A program made the position numbers and the translations under genes. 33,909 nucleotides of DNA. Origin: a virus. Below the pieces are notes generated by a model. It was given only the letters and a program-made list of their open reading frames with translations. It did no database searches and was not told the origin of the DNA. Below are positions 1-8,672 of the stretch, one piece after another. Numbering within the stretch: the first letter of the stretch is position 1; each line of letters starts with the position of its first letter. Location: positions 1 to 33,909 of IMG/VR virus record IMGVR_UViG_3300011116_000306; one strand, 5' to 3'.

Positions 1-127
1 AAGCTGATTCAATGGCTGCGCTTGATTGGGCAGCAGAGCGCGATAGTGCTGTACAGTTTATGCAGGGTCTTGGCGCGTTTATCAGCCAGGTTTCTCCAAT
101 GGCTCAAGCGGTTCCTGGGGCTGCTCC
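1..127. repeat. Terminal direct repeat: 1-127 is identical to 33783-33909 (circular-assembly overlap)
   Basis: Base-by-base comparison of the first 127 nt (aagctgattcaatggctgcg...ggggctgctcc) with the last 127 nt of the window. Confidence 0.95.
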
Positions 128-416
128 GTACTTCCTTAAACTTATGCAGTGGGCTGTTGCCAAGTTCAGGGTATCTAGTGAAATTGAAGGCGTTATTGAC
201 CAGGCTGTTGGACAGCTTCAGGCAAATCCGCCAGGACCGCCGCAGCCAAGCCCAGAGCAGCAAGCCAAAACAGCGGCAGACATAGCTAAAGCCAAAGAGC
301 GCGAAGCCAACGCGCAAGAAACGCAAGTGGATACTCAGGCCAAAGTATTGCAGATGAACGCGGCTGTACGCGCTGCGATGCAGCCTAATCAAAACTTGCC
401 GCCGATTGTGAGGTAG
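1..416 (+). CDS. Portal protein, C-terminal part (continues 32285-33909 across the circular junction)
   Basis: When 33783-33909 is superimposed on 1-127, the frame of ORF 12-416 matches the open-ended ORF starting at 32285. Stop at 414-416. The combined product is about 637 aa. Confidence 0.85.
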   Translation, partial: ADSMAALDWAAERDSAVQFMQGLGAFISQVSPMAQAVPGAAPYFLKLMQWAVAKFRVSSEIEGVIDQAVGQLQANPPGPPQPSPEQQAKTAADIAKAKEREANAQETQVDTQAKVLQMNAAVRAAMQPNQNLPPIVR

Positions 417-418
417 CC

Positions 419-724
419 ATGTCTGGGGTTCCAGAGCCATATAGGTACAATTATGTTCATGTATCCGGCGCACAAACCAGCTATGCGCTTGGGATTCATG
501 GACAGATTGGGGATTATTTGCATCGTTTGATTGTTACGCTTACTGCAAATAATACTGCAAACATTTCAATAATTGATGGAACGATGGAGCATTTGCTTGT
601 GCCGAGCGGCGTAAGCAAAGGCGTTTACGTTATAGATATGAACATGATTTCTCAGGAAAGCGGCTGGAAAGTTACAACCAGTTCTGCGGCTGAAGTGTTG
701 GCCGTAGGCGTATTTACGAATTAG
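419..724 (+). CDS. Hypothetical protein (101 aa), head-module position
   Basis: ORF starts 2 nt after the portal stop, with GAGG upstream. No recognisable motif. Confidence 0.6.
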   Translation: MSGVPEPYRYNYVHVSGAQTSYALGIHGQIGDYLHRLIVTLTANNTANISIIDGTMEHLLVPSGVSKGVYVIDMNMISQESGWKVTTSSAAEVLAVGVFTN

Positions 725-726
725 TC

Positions 727-1017
727 ATGGACAAATATTCAGCCCGCATTAATGCGCTTCGCAGTGAATTTGGCGGTTTTAACAATCCCAAGCGCACTCC
801 ATCGCACCCTACAAAATCTCATGCTGTTCTTGCCAAGCAGGGAGAACATATAAAGCTAATTAGATTTGGGCAGCAGGGCGTAAGCGGATCGCCAAAGAAA
901 GAAGGCGAGTCAGAAGCATATAGGAACCGGCGCGAAGCTTTTAAGGCGCGTCATGCCAGCAACATTGCAAAAGGTCCAATGTCTGCGGCTTATTGGGCAA
1001 ACAAGGTCAAATGGTAG
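727..1017 (+). CDS. Conserved-looking small basic phage protein (96 aa)
   Basis: Tightly packed ORF with a basic sequence ending in SAAYWANKVKW. I cannot name a family with confidence. Confidence 0.6.
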   Translation: MDKYSARINALRSEFGGFNNPKRTPSHPTKSHAVLAKQGEHIKLIRFGQQGVSGSPKKEGESEAYRNRREAFKARHASNIAKGPMSAAYWANKVKW

Positions 1018-1026
1018 GAGGTTGTT

Positions 1027-1191
1027 ATGAAGGGTAAAATGCAGATTTATGCTGAGATTCTTCGCCAGCTTGCGCGTATGCCGGATAAGTACGAAGAACC
1101 GGATATGAGTGCTATGGATTCCGAGTCTGAAGATGAAATGAGCAAAGGAGATACTGAAGAAGATAAAAAGGAATACAAAGATGCCGAGTAA
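1027..1191 (+). CDS. Small acidic protein (54 aa)
   Basis: Below the ORF-track cutoff. ATG 1027 has AGGAGG 5 nt upstream. Translation is MKGKMQIYAEILRQLARMPDKYEEPDMSAMDSESEDEMSKGDTEEDKKEYKDAE. Confidence 0.55.
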   Translation: MKGKMQIYAEILRQLARMPDKYEEPDMSAMDSESEDEMSKGDTEEDKKEYKDAE

Positions 1192-1354
1192 ATCGCCAAC
1201 GCAAGCCAGGATGATGGCTGCGGCAGCGCATGATCCTGCGTTTGCCAAAAAGGTAGGCGTTCCTCAGTCTGTAGCCAAAGACTTTAATAAAGCCGACACC
1301 GGCACAAAGATGTTGAAACAGGCTATGCAAGCCAAGGCGCTAAGGAAGAAGTAA
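1181..1354 (+). CDS. Small basic protein (57 aa), loosely DUF3008-like
   Basis: Below the ORF-track cutoff. ATG 1181 is preceded by AAGGAA. Translation is MPSKSPTQARMMAAAAHDPAFAKKVGVPQSVAKDFNKADTGTKMLKQAMQAKALRKK. Its stop overlaps the next start (TAATG). Confidence 0.5.
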   Translation: MPSKSPTQARMMAAAAHDPAFAKKVGVPQSVAKDFNKADTGTKMLKQAMQAKALRKK

Positions 1355-1665
1355 TGCGCCGCGTTTATATTTACGACAAACAGCTTAAAAAAGTTGTCGA
1401 AGTAACACCACATAAGCAAGCAAGCAAAGATAACATAATGGTATCTGACGGCCATTATGAAGGATTACGCGCTACTGATGGCACTGACATTGGTACGCGA
1501 AAGAAGCATCGCGATTATATGAAGCAACATGGATTGACGACTGTTGATGATTATAAAGATTCATGGGCTAAGAAAAAAACAGAACGAGAAAATTATTATC
1601 AAAAAGGCGGAACAATTACGCGGGATCATATCCGCCGCATAATTCACCAACTGGAGAATAAATAA
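1354..1665 (+). CDS. Hypothetical protein (103 aa)
   Basis: ORF with AAGGAAG upstream, start coupled to the previous stop. Confidence 0.6.
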   Translation: MRRVYIYDKQLKKVVEVTPHKQASKDNIMVSDGHYEGLRATDGTDIGTRKKHRDYMKQHGLTTVDDYKDSWAKKKTERENYYQKGGTITRDHIRRIIHQLENK

Positions 1666-1667
1666 AA

Positions 1668-2771
1668 ATGTCTACTGAACCCACCACAATCAGGGATGTA
1701 CTTGAATCTGCTATTCCGAAAGAAGAAGAAACGCAGAGCGCACAGCCTGATGCCATCGTACAACAGCCTATTGGTTCTGAACCTGAAGTAGAGGTGCCTG
1801 TAAAAAATGAAGCACCCGAAAAGCAGCGAGACAACCAGGGAAAGTTTGCAAAATCAGAACAGGGAAACGATCAAAAAGAAGCACCTGTTGTTGCTGAACA
1901 GGCTGGAATCAAACCTGGCCCTAAAGCTGAACCTAAGCCGGTTGAAAAAGCTCCTGTCTCATGGCGTCCAGAGACAAGAGAACATTGGGCTGCGTTGCCG
2001 ACAGAAATAAAGAACGAAGTTTTGCGCCGCGAGCGTGAAATTCAGAATACGCTCAAAGAAAGCACTGAAGCCCGCAAGATGGTTGAGCAGTTCAACCGGG
2101 TTATTCAGCCTTATGAAATGTTCATTAAGGCAGAAAACAGCAATCCGCTTCAGGCTGTTGATAATTTGATGGCTACAGCAGCCAGGTTGCGAACTGGTAC
2201 GTCTGGCGACGTAGCTCAAATGGTTGCCCATATTGTTAAGCAGTTTGGCGTTGGAAGATTTGGAAAGACGTTTATTGAACAGCTTGATTCGGCATTGATT
2301 GGCGAAATTCCTCAAGAGGATGCTCAGTCCTCTCAAATGAGGGATATGCTGCAACAGCAGTTGGCACCAGTTCAGCAATTTATGAACCAGTTTCAACAGG
2401 CTCAATATATGCAGCAGGAAAAGTTAACGCAGGAAGCTGCTGGAGAAGTTCAAAACTTTCTGGAAAACGCCGAGTTTTCTGAAGATGTACGCGATGATAT
2501 GGCCGACCTGATGGAAGTCGCGCAACGCCGTGGACGCGAGCTTAGCTTGCAGGAAGCTTATCAACAGGCTTGCATTGCCAACCCCAAGATTAGAACCATT
2601 TTGCAGCAGCGCGGTAAAACGGCTGACGCCAATAAGCTTACTGGCGCAGCGCAGAAGGCCAGGGCTGCGGCTGTAAGCGTATCTGGAGCGCCAGCTATTT
2701 CAGCGCCGCAGCGAGCGGCTGTGGACGTTAGATCGGCTATTGAGGCGGCTATTGCCTCACATTCTAGATAA
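1668..2771 (+). CDS. Putative scaffolding protein (367 aa)
   Basis: Lies between the portal and major capsid genes. Acidic N-terminus, Gln/Ala-rich helical low-complexity sequence, GGAGA SD. Confidence 0.6.
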   Translation: MSTEPTTIRDVLESAIPKEEETQSAQPDAIVQQPIGSEPEVEVPVKNEAPEKQRDNQGKFAKSEQGNDQKEAPVVAEQAGIKPGPKAEPKPVEKAPVSWRPETREHWAALPTEIKNEVLRREREIQNTLKESTEARKMVEQFNRVIQPYEMFIKAENSNPLQAVDNLMATAARLRTGTSGDVAQMVAHIVKQFGVGRFGKTFIEQLDSALIGEIPQEDAQSSQMRDMLQQQLAPVQQFMNQFQQAQYMQQEKLTQEAAGEVQNFLENAEFSEDVRDDMADLMEVAQRRGRELSLQEAYQQACIANPKIRTILQQRGKTADANKLTGAAQKARAAAVSVSGAPAISAPQRAAVDVRSAIEAAIASHSR

Positions 2772-2786
2772 GCGTATGGTTTATAA

Positions 2787-2805
2787 AGCAAAACAATGTT
2801 TTGCT
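2787..2805 (+). other. Perfect 8-bp hairpin (agcaaaac-aat-gttttgct) just after the scaffold stop
   Basis: Inverted repeat read directly from the sequence. No T-tract follows immediately, so it is a weak terminator at best. Confidence 0.35.
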
Positions 2806-2810
2806 AAGTA

Positions 2811-2966
2811 ATTGTTATTGTTATGTTTTTACTGCTTTTGCGAACTTGTTAACAATTAAGTGCCATCGCAAGAACACTTATAGTTAACAAATCATCGCAA
2901 TCTGCTTATGTAAAATACATAACAATTTCAACAACGTGCAGCGACACCAAACAAAAGATTAACAAT
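2811..2966. promoter_or_regulatory. Cluster of TAACAA(T/A) boxes in the 333-bp leader upstream of the capsid gene
   Basis: Forward copies at 2850-2856, 2885-2891, 2920-2926 and 2960-2966 (spacing 35, 35, 40 bp). Two overlapping reverse copies at 2811-2817 and 2817-2823. Confidence 0.4.
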
Positions 2967-3104
2967 CCCATTTGTTTGTCGTCGGGGACGTTATGCCATC
3001 TGCGCCTATGGTGCAGAACATGATCGGACCACTCGTTCTGCTGCATGGACGATGTGTGTTTTTAACCGCCCGATTGAGCGGGCAATAGATCATGGAGAAA
3101 TCAG

Positions 3105-4082
3105 ATGGCTTTTGCGAATACGTCCGTTACGGACATTATTGCTACTACGATTCAGTCGCGTACTCGCCAGATTGCGGATAACGTCACCAAAAACAATGCT
3201 TTGCTTGCCCGTCTTAATAACCGTGGCAACGTAAAGCCGTTTGGCGGCGGTAACGTGATCTTCCAGGAACTTTCGTTCCAGCAGAACGGCAATGCCGGTT
3301 TCTATAGCGGTTACGATCTTCTGCCGGTTGCGGCGGCTGACGTTATCAGCGCGGCTGAATTTAACATTAAGCAGCTTGCTTGCCCGGTCGTTATGAGCGG
3401 CCTGGAAATGTTGCAGAACGCTGGCCGTGAGCAGTTTATTGACTTGCTCGAAGCCCGCATGAACGTTGCCGAAAGCACGATGGCTAATAAGCTGGCGCAG
3501 TCGGTTTATAGCGATGGTACTGGTTCTGGCGGTAAGGAAGTGACCGGCCTTGATGCGGCGGTTCCTTCTGACCCGACCACTGGCACTTACGGCGGCATTG
3601 ACCGCGCTACTTGGTCTTTCTGGCGTTCGCAGCTTTATGACTTTAGCTCTCAGAGTGTCACTCCGTCCTCGACCACGATCCAGGCGGCGATGAACACTCT
3701 TTGGTCCTCGTTGGTTCGTGGCTCTGATCGTCCTGATTTGGTCGTTCTGAGCAATTCCTACTGGACCTATTACATGACTTCGCTCCAGGCGCAGCAGCGG
3801 TTTACCGACCCCAAGACTGGCGATCTTGGTTTCCCGACGATCAAGTTTATGGATGCTGACGTTGTGCTTGATGGCGGTATTGGTGGCTATTGCCCGGCCA
3901 ATACTGGCTTCATGCTCAACACGAAGTACATTTTCCTGCGTCCTCACAAGGATCGTAACATGGTTGCTCTTAGCCCGACGCGGCGCTATGCGATCAACCA
4001 GGACGCGGAAGTTCAGATTCTGGCTTGGGCTGGCAATCTGACTTCTTCGGGCGCTCAGTTCCAGGGTCGTATCCAGAATTAA
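3105..4082 (+). CDS. Major capsid protein (325 aa)
   Basis: Follows the scaffold gene. GGAGAA SD, long leader, strong terminator downstream. Size and sequence are typical of podovirus HK97-fold capsid proteins. Confidence 0.8.
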   Translation: MAFANTSVTDIIATTIQSRTRQIADNVTKNNALLARLNNRGNVKPFGGGNVIFQELSFQQNGNAGFYSGYDLLPVAAADVISAAEFNIKQLACPVVMSGLEMLQNAGREQFIDLLEARMNVAESTMANKLAQSVYSDGTGSGGKEVTGLDAAVPSDPTTGTYGGIDRATWSFWRSQLYDFSSQSVTPSSTTIQAAMNTLWSSLVRGSDRPDLVVLSNSYWTYYMTSLQAQQRFTDPKTGDLGFPTIKFMDADVVLDGGIGGYCPANTGFMLNTKYIFLRPHKDRNMVALSPTRRYAINQDAEVQILAWAGNLTSSGAQFQGRIQN

Positions 4083-4102
4083 CCCTGTGGTGGGGTCAAC
4101 TT

Positions 4103-4142
4103 ACCTTGGTAGGTAAGGTAACTTTCCTACCAAGGTCTTTTT
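4103..4142 (+). terminator. Rho-independent terminator after the capsid gene
   Basis: Perfect 11-bp stem (accttggtagg / cctaccaaggt) with a 12-nt loop, followed by cTTTTT. Confidence 0.8.
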
Positions 4143-4156
4143 GAAAGGAATGAATT

Positions 4157-4663
4157 ATGGCTCAAGACATTATTGGTATTAATCCCACGCAGGTTACGGT
4201 TTCCACTTCTACCGCTGCGTTCCGACTGGGGACTGTTGGCGGATACGATGATCCGACCAATGGTTATCAGGAATTTGTTTATGGTCGCGCTGATGGCGCG
4301 ATTACTGCGGCTGGTTATCTTTGCGTAGAAGAAACTGGCTTTGATTTTGTTATGGCTACCACTACTAATACCGCTGCTGGTGCGTCTGGCTTCGGTAGCC
4401 GTTGTGGGGCTGCTCAGGCAACTATGGCTGACAATGAATATGGCTGGTTCCAGATTTACGGCAAAGGCAGCCTTCGCACGTTGGCTTCTGCTGCTAAGGG
4501 AACTCGTCTAAACAGCACTGCGACTGCTGGCGCTGTTGATGACGATGGTACCGCCAGTTCTAAAGCCATTAATGGCATTGTTCTTGGCACTGCCACGGGT
4601 GGCGCTGCTGCTACCAATACGGATGCGGTTTTCTCGTATCCTACGGTTGGCGCTACCCTCTAA
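4157..4663 (+). CDS. Putative capsid decoration/cement protein (168 aa, DUF2190-like by eye)
   Basis: Lies immediately after the capsid gene. Gly/Ala/Thr-rich beta-type sequence, AAAGGAA SD, bracketed by two terminators. Confidence 0.45.
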   Translation: MAQDIIGINPTQVTVSTSTAAFRLGTVGGYDDPTNGYQEFVYGRADGAITAAGYLCVEETGFDFVMATTTNTAAGASGFGSRCGAAQATMADNEYGWFQIYGKGSLRTLASAAKGTRLNSTATAGAVDDDGTASSKAINGIVLGTATGGAAATNTDAVFSYPTVGATL

Positions 4664-4668
4664 AAATA

Positions 4669-4707
4669 ATGGATGGCGTGGGATATTCCTGCGCCATCCA
4701 TTTTCTT
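4669..4707 (+). terminator. Rho-independent terminator
   Basis: 10-bp stem (atggatggcg / cgccatccat), 13-nt loop, then TTTTCTT. The ATG at 4673 lies inside the stem. Confidence 0.7.
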
Positions 4708-4723
4708 AAAAAAGGAAATAAAA

Positions 4724-5317
4724 ATGAACGCAAACGCCGCCACAGTTCAAACCGATTGGTCAACCATTGCTGACGCTCCCGGTCTTGATGATTCTCGATT
4801 TGCCGTTGATGACAAGCTTTTTATCCAGTTTTTCCGCAAGCCTAAAATGATGCCTGGCGAAAGCAGGAAAGCTGGTCGCGCCATTTACACAGAAGTCGAT
4901 TACATTCGCATTATTGTTCCCGGCGACAAACTCAGCATTGTTGAACGTCCGGTAAATGAAATTGATATTCAGCGTTTTGGACCGAAATACGAAAAATTTA
5001 AGTCTGGCGCTGGAAATGTAATTGAAGGCACTCCGTTGTCGTCTTTGCCGCGCATGACGCCGGTAAAGGTTGAGGAATACAAATATTTTAATATCCATAC
5101 TGTAGAGCAGCTTGCTTCTGCATCTGACAATGTTGGTCAAAAGTTCTTTGGCTTTCAGGAAGATAAACGCGGCGCTATTGCGTTCCTTGAAATTGCCAAA
5201 GGCAACGCTCCGATTGAAAAGATGAATGAAGAACTAAAAGAGCGCGACGTTAAGATTGAAGAAATGCAAGCGCAGATCGAAGCTCTGACGAAGATGGTAA
5301 ACGGTAAAAAGTCGTAG
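4724..5317 (+). CDS. Hypothetical structural-module protein (197 aa)
   Basis: In-frame ATG 4724 has AAGGAAA upstream and is preferred over the track start at 4673, which lies inside the terminator stem. C-terminal coiled-coil-like EELKERDVKIEEMQAQIEALTKM. Confidence 0.6.
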   Translation: MNANAATVQTDWSTIADAPGLDDSRFAVDDKLFIQFFRKPKMMPGESRKAGRAIYTEVDYIRIIVPGDKLSIVERPVNEIDIQRFGPKYEKFKSGAGNVIEGTPLSSLPRMTPVKVEEYKYFNIHTVEQLASASDNVGQKFFGFQEDKRGAIAFLEIAKGNAPIEKMNEELKERDVKIEEMQAQIEALTKMVNGKKS

Positions 5318-5342
5318 CCTTCTGAAAAATAGGAATTAACGG

Positions 5343-6092
5343 ATGGCTTACCAGATTATTAACGACACTACGCTTTCTGCCATCGTTCAGAACGTAGCGC
5401 AGATGGTAAGCTATCCGGTTCCTTCTGATCCGGCTGGAAGTTCCGACCCATCCATTGAGCAGATGGTTCAAGCCGTTAATCTTTCTGGCTTGGATTTGAT
5501 GGCTCTTTACGATTGGCAAGAACTTACAAAGACTTATGAAATTTCCATTGAAGCAGACACAAGCGGTCAAATTCAAAAAGCGTTTAATTTGCCCGAAGAT
5601 TTTTATGAGTGGGTAGACCAGACGCAATGGAACAGCACTAATCAATGGCCCGCGATTGGCCCGATTAGTCCGCAAATGTGGCAACAGCTAATTGTTCGCC
5701 AGGTTTTGCCGACGCTTTCATTCTATTGGCAAGTGCGTGATAACAAGTTGTATATCATGGCACCGCCTACGTCTGCTCAAACGCTGACGTTCTTTTATCA
5801 GTCTCAGGCTTGGGTACGCGATCAAGATAATCCTGATTTGTATAAAAACCGCGCCACTAAAAACGGCGATGTAATTTTGCTGGATTCGTTTCTTGTTACT
5901 TTGTACACCCGCGCAAAGTGGCTTGAAATGAAAGGCTTGGATTCAAGTGCAGCGTTTAGAGATTTTCACGTTAATTTTGAAAACAGACGCGGCCAAGAAA
6001 AAGGCGCTCCTGTTCTCACAATGGCGCGTGAATATAGGTTTCCGTACATTCAGCCTTTGTCTAATACACCGGATACTGGATTTGGTGGTTAG
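5343..6092 (+). CDS. Virion structural protein (249 aa), possible head-tail adaptor
   Basis: Assignment is by position in the late operon only. Confidence 0.45.
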   Translation: MAYQIINDTTLSAIVQNVAQMVSYPVPSDPAGSSDPSIEQMVQAVNLSGLDLMALYDWQELTKTYEISIEADTSGQIQKAFNLPEDFYEWVDQTQWNSTNQWPAIGPISPQMWQQLIVRQVLPTLSFYWQVRDNKLYIMAPPTSAQTLTFFYQSQAWVRDQDNPDLYKNRATKNGDVILLDSFLVTLYTRAKWLEMKGLDSSAAFRDFHVNFENRRGQEKGAPVLTMAREYRFPYIQPLSNTPDTGFGG

Positions 6093-6094
6093 AA

Positions 6095-7681
6095 ATGCCA
6101 TTACAGCCACTTCGTTCATTCAAAGCGCCAAGGTTATCGGCAGCTACGCAAACGTCGCAGCTTAGTGTTGCGCCGCCGCCTGTTGGCGGCTTAAATTTTC
6201 GTGATCCAATCAATGCAATGCCAATTACTGATGCAATGGTATTGCGTAATTTTATCCCCAACAAAACTGGATGTACTCTTAGAAAAGGCTATCAGTATCA
6301 CACGACTGAATTGGATGATCCTGTAGTCTCTTTGTTTTCCTATAACAGCGCAGATGGAACAACGAACAAACTGTTTGCTGCTTCTGGTGGAGACATTTGG
6401 GACGTAACTACGGAAACTCCAGCCGTATCCCAAGCCAGCACTGGCTCTGACGAAGATCAGTGGAATACAACACAGTTTGCAAATGGCGCTGGAAACTTTT
6501 TGCTGGCCGTTTCTCCTGGTGCTGGTTATTGGACTTATGACGGAACATCTTGGACGCACCAGAGCGTAACCAATCTTCCGGCCAATCCAACTAGCGTTGC
6601 TGTCTTTAAAAACCGCGTTTGGTTTACAATTAAAGACAGTTCAAGCGTTTGGTACTTGGACACCATCGACGCAATTACAGGAACCGCACAAGAATTTGTG
6701 ATGGGTTCTTTGTTGCGGAATGGCGGCTATATTCGCGGTCTAATCAACTGGACGGTTGACGCCGGTGTGTCGTTTGACGACTTCCTTGTTGTAGTGGGAA
6801 GTGAAGGCGATCTTGGAGTTTGGCAAGGAACCGACCCCTCAGACGCAACTAAGTTTGCGCTAAAAGGCGTTTGGTATGTTGGTCCTGTTCCGAAATACGG
6901 AAGATTCTTTACCGCTTATGGCGGCGATGTTTTGATAATTTCAACGCTTGGCCTGGTTGAAATGTCAAAACTGGTTAATGGGCAATTTGTAAATACTCAG
7001 CAGGGACCATCTGCAAAAATAGAAACTGTGCTTGGCCCAATCATTAAACAGTATCTAAATGAACCATCTTTTGATGTTCAGATTGTTGCTGATAGCGAAG
7101 TTCTTATTCTAAAACTTCCGCCTCAGAAGAATGTTTATATTCAATATGTGATGAATATAAACACAGCTTCCTGGTGTACGTTTAGTGGTTTGCCAATGGT
7201 TTGCACTGCGTTGCTTGGCGGCAAACTCTATTTTGCAACGGACTCATATCGAATTGTAAAAGGTCTTTATGGTGAATTTGACCAAGTAGAGACTGACTCT
7301 GAAGGCGGTCAGCCCATAGAAGGCGAAGTGCAAACGGCATTTAACGATTTTACTTCACCTGGGCAATTAAAGCAGTTTGTGATGGTAAAGCCTATTTTTA
7401 CTGCATCTCAAGCTCCAAGCGTAAAGCTCCGTGTAAACACTCAATATAGTTTTCAGCCGGTGGCCGGATCGCCGTCTTTTGTTAAAGATCAAAGTTCATA
7501 TTGGGATGAGGCCAAATGGAATTTGGCTAACTGGTCGTCTGCAACAAACACTTATGAATTTTGGTATGGGGTTAGGGCGCTTGGATATTATGGCGCTCTA
7601 AGCATGAGGCTGCGTGGTTTTGGTGGAACCACAAATTTTTATAGCTACCACATAATGAATCAGATTGGCGGGGTAATGTAA
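6095..7681 (+). CDS. Virion structural protein (528 aa), possible tail tubular/nozzle protein
   Basis: Large beta-rich ORF downstream of the head genes. Assignment is by position only. Confidence 0.45.
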   Translation: MPLQPLRSFKAPRLSAATQTSQLSVAPPPVGGLNFRDPINAMPITDAMVLRNFIPNKTGCTLRKGYQYHTTELDDPVVSLFSYNSADGTTNKLFAASGGDIWDVTTETPAVSQASTGSDEDQWNTTQFANGAGNFLLAVSPGAGYWTYDGTSWTHQSVTNLPANPTSVAVFKNRVWFTIKDSSSVWYLDTIDAITGTAQEFVMGSLLRNGGYIRGLINWTVDAGVSFDDFLVVVGSEGDLGVWQGTDPSDATKFALKGVWYVGPVPKYGRFFTAYGGDVLIISTLGLVEMSKLVNGQFVNTQQGPSAKIETVLGPIIKQYLNEPSFDVQIVADSEVLILKLPPQKNVYIQYVMNINTASWCTFSGLPMVCTALLGGKLYFATDSYRIVKGLYGEFDQVETDSEGGQPIEGEVQTAFNDFTSPGQLKQFVMVKPIFTASQAPSVKLRVNTQYSFQPVAGSPSFVKDQSSYWDEAKWNLANWSSATNTYEFWYGVRALGYYGALSMRLRGFGGTTNFYSYHIMNQIGGVM

Positions 7682-8235
7682 TGGCTGATGGAAGTGCTCT
7701 TATTGCCGCCCTAAGAAGCGCAACGCCGGTCGATCTAAAGCAAGCGTCTGGTCCTCAAACCTTGTCTTTCCCTTGGATGGCAAGGACAGAAGGCCCATTG
7801 GTATTGCCAACAAGAAAGTCTGCAAAACCAACTCCGGTTACTCCGGTTACGCCTTCTCCGGTCCAACCAGTCGAGCCTGTTTACACGCCTCCTACAGATA
7901 CGTCTGTGGGCAACTATGGCGTAGAAACTAAGCCTATGCAGCAGACTGATTGGGATAAGCTAAATGCTGATTATGCTTCAGCTTACAATCAGGCAATGCA
8001 ACAGGGTCTTTCGCCGGAACAATGGTCGCAAACCCCTGTTTTTGGAAATTGGCAAAAAACAGTTTTGTCAGGTGTAGAAAAGACAAGCGATCCTACAAAA
8101 CTAACTGGTGATATAAATTGGCTATCAAGCAACATTAACGATCCCGTTTATGGCGATTGGTACCAAACTTTGCTTTCGGCAGAACAGCAAAAATTAAATC
8201 AACTTTATCCTCAGAATTACGATTATTTTGAATAA
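7681..8235 (+). CDS. Hypothetical virion protein (184 aa) with Pro/Thr/Val-rich linker
   Basis: Start overlaps the previous stop (TAATG). Contains the linker KPTPVTPVTPSPVQPVEPVYTPP. Confidence 0.55.
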   Translation: MADGSALIAALRSATPVDLKQASGPQTLSFPWMARTEGPLVLPTRKSAKPTPVTPVTPSPVQPVEPVYTPPTDTSVGNYGVETKPMQQTDWDKLNADYASAYNQAMQQGLSPEQWSQTPVFGNWQKTVLSGVEKTSDPTKLTGDINWLSSNINDPVYGDWYQTLLSAEQQKLNQLYPQNYDYFE

Positions 8236-8672
8236 TGATTGTTTTCGGACCACACAACATTTTGGGCGAATGGCTTTGTCAAAAAATTGATTACGCTCCG
8301 ACTAAGCATTTTCGTTCTTTAGGAAACATAACTCCTGAAGGAAAAATACTTGGTGTTGTCGGGTTTGATGCGTGGAATGGGGCTTCGTGTCAAATGCACG
8401 TTGCCGGTGAGGGAAACTGGCTAACAAGAGAATTGTTAAGATGCACATTTGATTATGCTTTTAATGTAGCAAAGCTAAATATGGTGATTGTCGTAATTCC
8501 TTCTGGAAATAAACAATCACTTAGATTTAGCAAGCATGTTGGATTTGTAGAGATTGCAAACATTAAAGACGGTCATCCTGACGGGTCATTATTTGTTTTA
8601 GAGTTGCGGCGAGAAAATTGCCGTTATTTGGAGAAGAAAGATGGGAAGCAAAGCTACTCCTGCGCCGCCTGA
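8235..8672 (+). CDS. GNAT-like acetyltransferase-fold protein (145 aa)
   Basis: Core sequence ...CQMHVAGEGNWLTRELLRCTFDYAFNVAKLNMVIVVIPSGNKQSLRFSKHVGFVEIANIKDG... resembles the GNAT beta4-alpha3-beta5 region. The motif A glycines are not canonical. AT-rich relative to its neighbours. Confidence 0.45.
   Translation: MIVFGPHNILGEWLCQKIDYAPTKHFRSLGNITPEGKILGVVGFDAWNGASCQMHVAGEGNWLTRELLRCTFDYAFNVAKLNMVIVVIPSGNKQSLRFSKHVGFVEIANIKDGHPDGSLFVLELRRENCRYLEKKDGKQSYSCAA

Noticed and set aside
2980-3060. Possible tRNA or small RNA gene in the capsid leader
   Set aside because: There is no T-loop (GTTCRANYC) or cloverleaf. Only two simple hairpins are present, so it is treated as leader structure rather than an RNA gene.
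3090-3947. 285-aa minus-strand ORF
   Set aside because: It is antisense to the major capsid gene, its sequence is Arg-rich and implausible, and it lies inside a uniformly plus-strand operon.
4673-4723. Upstream ATG at 4673 for the 4673-5317 ORF
   Set aside because: This ATG lies inside the stem of the terminator at 4669-4707. The in-frame ATG at 4724 has a proper AAGGAAA SD.
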